From contig OZ253462.1 of assembly GCA_965261395.1 (NCBI GenBank), positions 768,001-832,000 of the forward strand: DNA of 64,000 nucleotides, written 5' to 3'. The DNA comes from Candidatus Latescibacterota bacterium (lineage in GTDB: Bacteria; Latescibacterota; UBA2968; UBA8231). Both the position numbers and the translations under genes were made by a program. Numbering within the stretch: the stretch's first letter is position 1; the number at the start of each line of letters is the position of its first letter. This document shows positions 1-9,400 of the stretch, one piece after another. The notes beneath the pieces were generated by a model. That model worked only from the letters and a program-made list of their open reading frames with translations. It made no database searches and was not told the origin of the DNA.

Positions 1-1
1 G

Positions 2-1435
2 GGCCACGACTTCCGGCCCGAGTACTTGCAGATTGGTGAGCTGGTCCGCGAGCTGCCCGACTGTAGGGTTCTCGCTTGCACCGCCACGGCCACGCCGGTG
101 GTACGCGACGAAATCCTCGAGCGCCTCGGGCTACCGAGCGACACCCCACAGCTATTGCGCGGCTTTGCCCGGCCCAACCTTTCGCTGCGAGTCACCGAAA
201 TCAACAGCGCCGCCGAGCGGCGACAGCGGATTGATGCGCTGCTGGCCGAAGCCCTCGATGCGCCCGACCAAAGGCCAGGTACTGCCATAGTCTATGCCCC
301 CACCCGCAAGAGTACCGAAGAAGAAGCCGCCCGCCTCCAAGGGGATGGCTGGCGAGCGGCCGCCTATCACGCGGGCATGGAGGGGCCAGACCGAGACTCC
401 GTTCAGAGCGCCTTTATCGAAGACCGAGTCCAAATCGTCGTCGCCACCAACGCCTTTGGCATGGGCATTGACCGCGCCGATGTGCGCGCCATTGCCCACT
501 TGGCCCCGCCCAGCTCGGTCGAGGCGTACTATCAGGAGGTCGGCCGCGCCGGCCGTGATGGAGAGGATGCCTACTGCTTGCTGCTGATCTCCTCCGGCGA
601 CATGGCACTGCGCCGCCGCCTGATCGAAAGCGATGCCCTTGAGCAGACGGTGGTCCAGCACAAGTGGAATCTCTTTTTGGAACTGATGCGCTGGAGCGAA
701 GGCGGCTCCTGTCGCCACGACGCTATTCTGCGCTACTTCGGCGACGAGGAGGAAACGCTCTCGGGCTGTGGCCGCTGCGACGTCTGCTGTAACCTCTCCC
801 ATGCCGAAGCAGGCGACGCCACAGAAGCCGCCACTACTGTGCGCAAAGCCCTGTGCGCGGTCGCCCGTCTGCACGGACGCTACGGCATCCAAATGGCGGC
901 CAAGCTCCTGCGCGGCACCACGGACGCACGCCTTGCACGCGACGGCCTAGATCGGACCCCCACCTTTGGCATCCTCAAGGAGCATTCTGAGCGGTGGCTT
1001 TTGCAACTTTTGCGCCGGCTAGTAACGGCCGGTTGGGTCGATTTCTTCGGTGGAGAGCGGCCGGTCGTGGTCCTCACGGAGGAAGGACGCCAAGTCATTC
1101 ACGCCGAGCGGCCCGCGCGCCTGCTGCTGCCGCCGAAGTCGGCCTCGCTCCCGGCATCTCGCACCGCGCACGTCCGTCCTCGCATCCCCGATCCCGGCGG
1201 GGAATTCGACGAAAACGCTCAAGCCCTCTTTGAGTCACTGCGCCATTATCGCATGACACTGGCCCGCGACGAAAAGGTGCCTCCCTACGTCATCGCCAGC
1301 GACCGCACACTCCGCGATATCGTCCTGCTGCGGCCTGCCAACCTCGAAGAACTCAAGCTGGCGCACGGCATTGGTCCGGCCAAGGCCGAAAAATACGGCG
1401 ACGGCCTACTAGCTATCGTCCAACAGGCCGCCTAA
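2..1435 (+). CDS. recQ: ATP-dependent DNA helicase RecQ (5' end lies outside the window)
   Basis: Frame from base 2 reads GHDFRPEY. Contains TATAT, VATNAFGMGID, YYQEVGRAGRDG, a Cys Zn-binding/RQC region and a C-terminal HRDC (VPPYVIASDRTL...GIGPAKAEKYG). Confidence 0.95.
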   Translation, partial: GHDFRPEYLQIGELVRELPDCRVLACTATATPVVRDEILERLGLPSDTPQLLRGFARPNLSLRVTEINSAAERRQRIDALLAEALDAPDQRPGTAIVYAPTRKSTEEEAARLQGDGWRAAAYHAGMEGPDRDSVQSAFIEDRVQIVVATNAFGMGIDRADVRAIAHLAPPSSVEAYYQEVGRAGRDGEDAYCLLLISSGDMALRRRLIESDALEQTVVQHKWNLFLELMRWSEGGSCRHDAILRYFGDEEETLSGCGRCDVCCNLSHAEAGDATEAATTVRKALCAVARLHGRYGIQMAAKLLRGTTDARLARDGLDRTPTFGILKEHSERWLLQLLRRLVTAGWVDFFGGERPVVVLTEEGRQVIHAERPARLLLPPKSASLPASRTAHVRPRIPDPGGEFDENAQALFESLRHYRMTLARDEKVPPYVIASDRTLRDIVLLRPANLEELKLAHGIGPAKAEKYGDGLLAIVQQAA

Positions 1436-1441
1436 CTCGCT
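1399..1441 (+). repeat. 43-bp direct repeat, copy 1 (recQ 3' end and stop)
   Basis: cgacggcctactagctatcgtccaacaggccgcctaactcgct; 42/43 identical to 10473-10515. Confidence 0.95.
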
Positions 1442-1476
1442 GGTCTGCGCCGGGGGCCGGTGGGATAAGCCACCAC

Positions 1477-1518
1477 CCCTCGGTCGGCCACCAGCTTGCC
1501 AAACAGGTCACGCACCAA
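1477..1518 (-). pseudogene. Short IS982 transposase fragment
   Basis: Minus strand reads LVRDLFGKLVADRG, versus [14 protein letters not shown] in the intact IS982 transposase at 35583-36461. Confidence 0.7.
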
Positions 1519-1530
1519 GCCCCACCCATA

Positions 1531-1551
1531 ATTTCAAAGCAGTCCACTACC
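1531..1551 (+). repeat. 21-bp ATTTCAAA-N6-CACTACC motif (IS1-like end)
   Basis: atttcaaagcagtccactacc; same pattern as the copies at 33598, 44955, 45252, 45281 and 45409. Confidence 0.75.
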
Positions 1552-1690
1552 GTTTTTTGCTTGACGTAAACAGTTACAGGCCCTTTTTATTTTTGAATGT
1601 AAGCATTTGCATCTGGTTGGCGTCTTTTCGCCGCGCGGAATTCGTTTGTACGTCGTCTCCTTCTAAAGAGGAAAAGGAGTACCAAGATTT

Positions 1691-4600
1691 ATGCCGTTTC
1701 TCATGGTCTGTCTTGTTGGCCTGTTGGTTTCCGTTCACGCGAGTCCGGTTTCGTCGCCGGTCATTTCGGGTCAGGTGCGGCTGTCGGATGGGTTGCTGGT
1801 GGCGGGTGCGCAGGTGGTGCTGTTTGACGTAGCCGATCTGCGCCGAGGGGCGGTGGGGCAAGCCACCACCGACGAGGCGGGGCAGTTTGCACTGCCGCTG
1901 GCGGCGGGAGGGGCGTTCGTGCTGCCGCAAGAGGTTGGGTTGGGGCCAAACTATCCCAATCCGTTCAATCCCTCGACGCTGATTCCCTATCAACTTTCGG
2001 CCTCTTCGCCGGTGCGGTTGGAGGTGTTCAACATTTTGGGGCAGCGGGTGACGACGCTGGTGGATGGCGAACAAGGGGCCGGGTCGTATGTGGCGCGGTG
2101 GGATGGCACGGATGCGGCAGGTCGTGCGGCGGCCTCGGGGGTGTATTTCTACCGCTTGACCGTGGCAGGTGCGCATTGGACGGGCAAGATGGTGCTGGTG
2201 GATGGGCAGGCGGGGGTGCCGCTGGGCGGGGCGCGTGGTGCGGCGGTGCCGCTGGCGGCGGGATCAACGGCGACGTATGGGTTGGTGGTTTCAGGGGAAG
2301 GGCTGGTTACGTATGTGGACGCGGACTTTGTCGTCGCGGCGGGTCAGGGGCCGGTGGCTATTGAGATGGCGGCGGAGCCGCAGGTGCGGATGAAGGTGAC
2401 GGTGGCGACGTTGGAGGGGATGCTCGGCGATGTGAATGCCGATGGCCACGTGGACATGGACGACGGGCTGCTGGTGGCCATGTATAGTGTTCATCCCGCC
2501 CTATCGCTTCCTAACCACGGCTTGATGACGCTGGGCGATGTCAACTGCGATGGTCGCGTCGAGCTGGCCGACGCGGGGCTGCTGGCCACCTATGTAGCCC
2601 ATCCGTCCGATGCGGCGGTCGCGTCGCTGCGGATTGGTCAACGGGGTGGGTACTCGCTGAACCCGGTTACGGAGGTGGTGTGGGCCTCGATCCTCGGCAC
2701 GGACAAAAAAGACGCCACGGTGGCGCGGTTGCTCGACGGGGTGCCGGTGCTGCTGTCGGGTGTCCTGCCTGTTGACGGCGAGGATCGCCTCTATCTTGGC
2801 CTGGACCGCGCCTACTGGACCCAACAGGGCGGCAAACGGCTCTACGAAGCCTTAAAGCAGCGCTTTCCGGCCACGCCCATTCACGTGGAGCCGTCGATCG
2901 GTGTGGTTCGGCAGGATGGGAAGGGGACAAGGCGGCCAACCACGACGGCCCTCAGAACCGTGGCCCCGGTGACGCGCTTTGGTCCGCCGATCTCCTTTGC
3001 TGAATCGCCCAACGCCGGGTTGCCCGACCACAGCAAGGCACAGCAGGTGGTGGGCCGTATTGGGGTGCCGCATGACGCGACGGTCGGCTCTGTTGCCGTG
3101 GCGGTGGATATCACCCACCCATCTAGCAGTGACCTGAAGATTGAGCTCGTCGCGCCGAGTGGGGTCGCGACGACGCTCTACGACGGGGTCCGAGAGGGGA
3201 TTAACCCCGAGGCCAACCTCGTCGGCGAGTTGCCGGTTTCCACCGAACTGCAAGGACAGCGGGCCAAGGGTACTTGGCAATTGCGTGTTGGTGACTACGA
3301 ACGGGGCGATGCAGGAACCTTGAACTCCTGGACGTTGACCGTGACCCCGGCACAGGATGCTGAGGAGACCGAAGAGCCGATCAACGTCTTTCTGGACACT
3401 TTCCAGGAAGGACTCGGGGCATGGCGCACCACCGAGTGGGAAGCGGCATCGCTTGATACGGACACGAGTGTTCCTGGTGAAGGTCCGGGGAACGTGGTTG
3501 CAAAAGCAGAAGGCTGTTCGGTCTGTTTCCTGACCCTTGAGACACCGGTTGACCTCTCAGCATACGACTCTGTTACCCTGTCGTTCTACCGCTGGCTCGA
3601 CCCCGGCACCGCAGACAACGAGTTCCTCGGTATTGATATCGGTAACAACGGCTCCTACCAACGGCTGACGAACTGGAGCGGTCAAAACGCTGACGGTCAG
3701 TGGCACCTCGAGACCTTTACGCTCTCCGGTGACCAGATCAGTAATGCCTTTTCTCTGCGGTTCTTCGGTATCACCACCAATGACTTCACCACCGTTGCAA
3801 TCGACAATGTGATGATTGCTGCTGCGCCGGGGTCGGTCGTTGTCGAGCCGGTTGAGCCGGGGGAACCTGAAGAAGAGGAGGAGCCGGGGGAACCTGAGGA
3901 GGACCCAGAAGAAACGGAACAGCCAGACCTCACCGTTACGTACGCCGTTACGCCGCCACGGTCCGCGCAGTCGGGCAGCACGATTGCGCTCTACACACGA
4001 GTAACCAATACCGGCACCACCCCCTCGGCAGCAACCGTTGCACGCCTCTACCGACACACCGCGACAACCCCAACCCCAACCCTTGGCGGGACACCAGAGA
4101 CCGCAACCACCGCAATCCCGGCCTTGGAGCCCGGTTCGTCAATACTCAAAGCACTGAGAGCGACTGCACCAGCTATCCCATCAACCTACCACTATTACGT
4201 CTGTGTGGAGGGTAGCTGCAGCGAAGCCGCCGCCGTGTCCGTGCAGACAACGACAGACACGACCCCTGAACCAGAAACACCGACAACCGTCACCGGCTTC
4301 TCTGTTACCAATCCAACCGCTACCCCATCATCACTACAGTCAACTGACACTCTGACGATACAGGCAACCATTACCAATACCGGTACCGAGACAGACGATG
4401 CAGCTATCTATGTCTACCGACACACACAAGAGACAACGACACCACGAACTGGCGGTACCAGAGAATCAAACACCGCAACAACCGGCACCCTTGCACCAAA
4501 CGCATCAGTAACGGTAACAAGTACCCACAGTGCACCAACAGTATTACGTACAACACGGTACTACTACTACATCTGTGCTGACACCTTCTGTACAACTGAT

Positions 4601-5569
4601 CCTGCTACTGTCCTCGTCCGTGTCAAACCGGAAGATCCTGGTCCGCCGTACGAACACTGCTTTGCTATCCCAAAACGAAGTACCCCCATGGGTGGTGATG
4701 CTATGCTTTCCCTCTTTATTGGAGATCCAGACGGAGAGATCCCTAGAACCTGTGGCACCATCACCCTTGGCGGTGTTGAAACCACCACCGGTGTCCGCGG
4801 CTTCATTGCATCCGGCCACGTTGTTGTGAGGAGCACCTATGATGATGAAATATCACGATCCATTGGAGACTACTCCAGAACTGCCACTCTGATCGGACAC
4901 GGCAGGAGCGCTGGCTTTGCCAAAGAGCTGCAGCACTTCCTCGGCAAAGTCTTCCAAATGCCATCCTTCTCCGTGGAAGGAGACAAGCGAATCCTCTCCA
5001 CTGACGCTGCTCTCGTTGCGTACCCACATCCCAAAACAGCCGGCTGTTCTCTGACCTGGAGCGGTGACGGTGAAGACTTCTGCCTTGACCTCGGAAGCGA
5101 TGACTACATTGAACGCCTCGTCCCACTCACCATCCGCGGTGCAAATGGTGAAACCTACAAGGTTGTCGGATCACAAGAGCCGACAGAAGGATTGCCTATC
5201 CAAGTCTCTGGCGCTGTAACCGGTATTCCCATTAGCAGTGTTGCCAAGGGGGATGAGCTCTTGGTGGGTGGTGGTTATACTACTGACGGATTCTCTTATG
5301 AATATGTTAACTACTCCCGTGGCGGCAAATCCACCAGAGGAAACAGTGGTGCTCCTGTCTACACCATTCCTGATGCAGATGGCAACGTTCGCATCGTGGG
5401 GGTTCTGATAGGATCACGGCCAGACGAAGACCCAAGCGAATCTACGCTCATTTTCACCTCATGGAAAAAGGTCAAAGACGAATTCAACCTACGACCGATT
5501 GCCGCTCCCGATGGCCCCACCGAGGAAGATGAGGCGGATTTGGCGGGATTGTTTTCAGCCTTTGATTGA
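1691..5569 (+). CDS. Secreted multidomain S1 (trypsin-like) serine protease, copy 1: signal peptide, FlgD-Ig/T9SS-like domain, dockerin, proprotein-convertase P domain, CARDB-like Ig repeats, S1 domain
   Basis: Hydrophobic N-terminus; NYPNPFNPST...WDGTD...SGVYFYRL; GDVNADG and GDVNCDG dockerin repeats; VDITHP...DL...GTWQLRVGD...GTLNSWTL P domain; PDLTV...VTNTG; catalytic motifs ASGHVV, DAALV, GNSGAPV. Confidence 0.8.
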   Translation: MPFLMVCLVGLLVSVHASPVSSPVISGQVRLSDGLLVAGAQVVLFDVADLRRGAVGQATTDEAGQFALPLAAGGAFVLPQEVGLGPNYPNPFNPSTLIPYQLSASSPVRLEVFNILGQRVTTLVDGEQGAGSYVARWDGTDAAGRAAASGVYFYRLTVAGAHWTGKMVLVDGQAGVPLGGARGAAVPLAAGSTATYGLVVSGEGLVTYVDADFVVAAGQGPVAIEMAAEPQVRMKVTVATLEGMLGDVNADGHVDMDDGLLVAMYSVHPALSLPNHGLMTLGDVNCDGRVELADAGLLATYVAHPSDAAVASLRIGQRGGYSLNPVTEVVWASILGTDKKDATVARLLDGVPVLLSGVLPVDGEDRLYLGLDRAYWTQQGGKRLYEALKQRFPATPIHVEPSIGVVRQDGKGTRRPTTTALRTVAPVTRFGPPISFAESPNAGLPDHSKAQQVVGRIGVPHDATVGSVAVAVDITHPSSSDLKIELVAPSGVATTLYDGVREGINPEANLVGELPVSTELQGQRAKGTWQLRVGDYERGDAGTLNSWTLTVTPAQDAEETEEPINVFLDTFQEGLGAWRTTEWEAASLDTDTSVPGEGPGNVVAKAEGCSVCFLTLETPVDLSAYDSVTLSFYRWLDPGTADNEFLGIDIGNNGSYQRLTNWSGQNADGQWHLETFTLSGDQISNAFSLRFFGITTNDFTTVAIDNVMIAAAPGSVVVEPVEPGEPEEEEEPGEPEEDPEETEQPDLTVTYAVTPPRSAQSGSTIALYTRVTNTGTTPSAATVARLYRHTATTPTPTLGGTPETATTAIPALEPGSSILKALRATAPAIPSTYHYYVCVEGSCSEAAAVSVQTTTDTTPEPETPTTVTGFSVTNPTATPSSLQSTDTLTIQATITNTGTETDDAAIYVYRHTQETTTPRTGGTRESNTATTGTLAPNASVTVTSTHSAPTVLRTTRYYYYICADTFCTTDPATVLVRVKPEDPGPPYEHCFAIPKRSTPMGGDAMLSLFIGDPDGEIPRTCGTITLGGVETTTGVRGFIASGHVVVRSTYDDEISRSIGDYSRTATLIGHGRSAGFAKELQHFLGKVFQMPSFSVEGDKRILSTDAALVAYPHPKTAGCSLTWSGDGEDFCLDLGSDDYIERLVPLTIRGANGETYKVVGSQEPTEGLPIQVSGAVTGIPISSVAKGDELLVGGGYTTDGFSYEYVNYSRGGKSTRGNSGAPVYTIPDADGNVRIVGVLIGSRPDEDPSESTLIFTSWKKVKDEFNLRPIAAPDGPTEEDEADLAGLFSAFD

Positions 5570-5659
5570 GCAAATCCACTTCCATGCCCACCGATTCGAG
5601 GGCCGTTACCCCAGCCACGGCTCGGCGTTCGCGTCGCCGAAGATAATCGGGTCGCCGAC
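5544..5659 (-). pseudogene. C-terminal remnant of a small clan AA (retropepsin-like) aspartic protease, copy 1
   Basis: Minus strand reads VGDPIIFGDANAEPWLG, then a 1-bp frameshift, then TALESVGMEVDLLNQRLKTIP, which resembles the family's C-terminal LLGVTALE...VDP.NQRL motif. Confidence 0.65.
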
Positions 5660-5704
5660 GGTTGAGCTAAGCGGGGATGCGACGAATGTATCGAGCGCGT
5701 CGAG

Positions 5705-6067
5705 CTAATCGGTCGCAGCCGGCGGCTGGGAGATGCGAATCCGCCCGCCGCGAATCGTGATGATCGCCTGCATTTCAAGCGCCTGCCGATGCCGCTTGAG
5801 CAACTCGGCCATTAAGGCGATGCGTTGCTCGGTCGGCACGTCCGGGAGGCGTACCAACCCCGCATGTGGAACTTCCCAAACGAACACCAGCTTGCCGAAA
5901 TCGGTATCAATCGTCACGAGAATTCTTTGTTCGTTAGAGGCGATTTTGAGCAACGCCCGGTCGCCTGGGTCTGGTCCAAGCGCACGCGACTCGACGACGT
6001 CATGGCCTTGGCCACGCAACCACTCGGCTAGCAGGCGGCCGGCACACTGGTCAATGAGGAATTTCAA
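5705..6067 (-). CDS. DUF5615 / PIN-like toxin (VapC45-like)
   Basis: TTG start overlaps the antitoxin stop; MKFLIDQC...LRGQGHDV...RILVTIDTDFG. Confidence 0.85.
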   Translation of the reverse strand: MKFLIDQCAGRLLAEWLRGQGHDVVESRALGPDPGDRALLKIASNEQRILVTIDTDFGKLVFVWEVPHAGLVRLPDVPTEQRIALMAELLKRHRQALEMQAIITIRGGRIRISQPPAATD

Positions 6068-6312
6068 GGGGCTGCTATGGCTACGGCGGACAGCGTATCG
6101 TGCGAGATCACTGCGTGCGCGTAGGCAACACACGCCTGCAGGTCGGCCGGTTCGAGTTCGGGGTAATCGGCTAAAATGGCCTCTGGATCTACCCCTTGGG
6201 CCAACAAGCTCAGGATGAGTTCCACCGAGATACGCATGTCGCGAATGATGGGCTTGCCATCGAAAATATCCGGACGCACCGTGATGCGCTTGAGGAGTTC
6301 GGAATGGGTCAT
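6064..6312 (-). CDS. DUF433 antitoxin
   Basis: RITVRPDIFDGKPIIRDMRISVELILSLLAQG...ILADYPEL; coupled to the PIN gene. Confidence 0.9.
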   Translation of the reverse strand: MTHSELLKRITVRPDIFDGKPIIRDMRISVELILSLLAQGVDPEAILADYPELEPADLQACVAYAHAVISHDTLSAVAIAAP

Positions 6313-6474
6313 GTTGCACTCCGTGGTGGGTTTGATCGTAAGGCTGCGTAACGTCAATTAATATAGTATAGGGGAATTTCGTGGTTAGGAAATTCTTTGC
6401 TACTTTGAGGGGATGTTGTAGTTAGCGTTTTTTCGCCGCACGGCTATTCTGCTCGCAAAGGAGTACAAGGAGTT

Positions 6475-9400
6475 ATGCCGTTTCTCATGGTCTGTCTTGT
6501 TGGTCTGTTAGTTTCCGTTGACGCGAGTCCGGTTTCGCCGCCGGTCATTTCGGGTCAGGTGCGGCTGTCGGATGGGTTGCCGGTGGCGGGTGCTCAGGTG
6601 GTGCTGTTTGACCTAGCCGATCTGCGCCGAGGGCCAGTGGGGCAAGCCACCACCGACGAGGCGGGAACGTTTGCGCTGCCGCTGGCGGGTGGAGCTTTGG
6701 TGCTGCCGTCAGAAGTTGGGCTGGGGCAAAGCTATCCCAATCCGTTCAATCCTTCGACGCTGATTCCCTATCAACTTTCGGCCCCTTCGCCGGTGCGGTT
6801 GGAGGTGTTCAACATCTTGGGTCAGCGGGTGACGACGCTGGTGGATGGCCAGCAAGGGGCGGGGGCGTATGTGGCGCGGTGGGATGGCACGGATGCGGCG
6901 GGTGGTGCGGCCGCCTCGGGGGTGTATTTCTACCGCTTGATGGTGGATGGCGCGCATTGGACGGGGAAGATGGTGCTGTTGGATGGGCAGGCGGGGGTGC
7001 CGCTGGGCGGGGGGAGTGTGGCGAAGGTACCGCTGGCGGCGGGATCAACGGCGACGTATGGGTTGGTGGTGTCGGGGGAAGGGCTAGTTACGTATGTGGA
7101 CGCGGACTTTGTCGTCGCGGCGGGTCAGGGGCCGGTGGAGCTGGTGGTGGCGGCGGAACCGAATGTGCGGGGGAAGGTGGTGGCGACGTTGGAGGGGATG
7201 CTCGGCGATGTGAACGCCGATGGCCGAGTGGATCTGGACGACGGGCTGCTGGTGGCCATGTATAGTGTTCATCCCGCCCTATCGCTTCCTAACCACGGCT
7301 TGATGACGCTGGGCGATGTCAACTGCGATGGTCGCGTCGAGCTGGCCGACGCGGGGCTGCTGGCCACCTATGTAGCCCATCCGTCCGATGCGGCGGTCGC
7401 GTCGCTGCGGATGGGTCAACCGGGTGGGTACTCGCTGAACCCGGTTACGGAGGTGGTGTGGGCCTCGATCCTCGGCACGGAGAAAAAGGACGCCACGGTG
7501 GCGCGGCTGCTCAACGGGGTGCCGGTGCTCCTCTCGGGCGTCCTGCCTGTTGACGGCGAGGATCGCCTCTATCTTGGCCTGGACCGCGCCTACTGGACCC
7601 AACAGGGCGGCAAACGGCTCTACGAAGCCTTAAAGCAGCGCTTTCCGGCCACGCCGATTCACGTGGAGCCGTCGATCGGTGTGGTTCGGCAGTCTGGCAA
7701 GGTGACAAGGCGGTCGACCACGACCGCCCTCAGAACTGTTGCCCCGGTGACGCGCTTTGGTCCGCCGATTTCCTTTGCTGAATCGCCCAATGCCGGGTTG
7801 CGCGACCACAGCAAGGCACAGCAGGTGGTGGGTCGTATTGGGGTGCCGCATGACGTGACGGTCGGCTCTGTTGCCGTGGTGGTGGATATCACCCACCCGT
7901 CTAGCAGTGACCTGAAGGTTGAGCTCGTGGCACCGAGCGGGGTGGCTACGACACTCTACGACGGTACACGAAGTGGTATTGGCTCCGAGGCCGACATCAC
8001 CGGCACCATTGTAACGACGGACGCACTGCAGGGACAGGCTGCCAAGGGGACCTGGCAATTGCGTGTTGGTGACTACGAACGGGGCGATGCAGGAACATTG
8101 AACTCCTGGACGTTGACCGTGACCCCGGCACAGGATGCTGAGGAGACCGAAGAGCCGATCAACGTCTTTCTGGACACTTTCCAAGAAGGACTTGGCGGGT
8201 GGCGCACCACCGAGTGGGAAGCGGCATCGCTTGATACCGACAGCGGTGTTCCTGGTGAAGGTCCAGGAAACATCGTTGCAAAAGCAGAAGGCTGTTCGGT
8301 CTGTTTCCTGACCCTTGAGACACCGGTTGACCTGTCAGCCCAGGACACCGTCACCCTCTCCTTCTACCGCTGGATGGATCCCGGGATGACCGACAATGAG
8401 TTCCTCGGTGTTGATATCGGCAACAACGGCTCCTACCGTCGGCTGACGAGCTGGAACGGTCAGCATGCTGACGGCCAATGGCACTTGGAGACCTTTACGC
8501 TCTCCGGGGACCAGATCAGTAATGCCTTTTCTCTGCGGTTCTTCGGGATCACCACCAATGACTTTACCACCGTTGCAATCGACAACGTGATGATTGCTGC
8601 TGCGCCGGGATCGGTCGTTGTCGAGCCGGTTGAGCCGGGGGAACCTGAGGAGGACACAGAAGAAACGGAACAGCCAGACCTCACCGTTACGTACGCCGTT
8701 ACGCCGCCACGGTCAGTGCCGTCGGGCAACACGATTGCGCTCTACACACGAGTAACCAACACCGGCACCACCCCCTCGGCAGCAACCGTTGCACGCCTCT
8801 ACCGACACACCGCGACAACCCCAACCCCAACCCTTGGCGGGACACCAGAGACCGCAACCACCGCAATCCCGGCCTTGGAGCCCGGTTCGTCAATACTCAA
8901 AGCACTGAGAGCGACTGCACCTGCGATCCCGTCAACCTACCACTATTACGTCTGTGTGGAGGGTAGCTGCAGCGAAGCCGCCGCCGTGTCCGTGCAGACA
9001 ACGACAGACACGACCCCTGAACCAGAGACACCGGCAACAATCACCGGCTTTTCCGTTACCAATCCAACCGCTACCCCATCATCACTCCAGTCAACCGACA
9101 CCCTGACGATACAGGCAACCATTACCAACACCGGCACCGAGACAGACGATGCAGCTATCCATATCTACCGACACACCAGTGAGACAACGACACCACGGAC
9201 TAGTGGTACCAGAGAATCAAACACCGCAACAACCGGTACCCTTGCACCAAACGCAACGGTTACTGTTACCAGCACTCACAGCGCACCAACCGTGTCACGT
9301 ACAACACGGTACTACTACTACGTCTGTGCTGACACCTTCTGTGCAAATACTCCTGCTACCGTCCTCGTCCGTATCAAACCGGAAGATCCTGGTCCACCGT

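Noticed and set aside
5537-5569. Similarity of the protease C-terminus DLAGLFSAFD to DLGALFGAFN in the 28-kb surface protein as a shared sorting motif
   Set aside because: The protease tail is explained as the antisense of the aspartic-protease remnant, so the similarity is probably coincidental.
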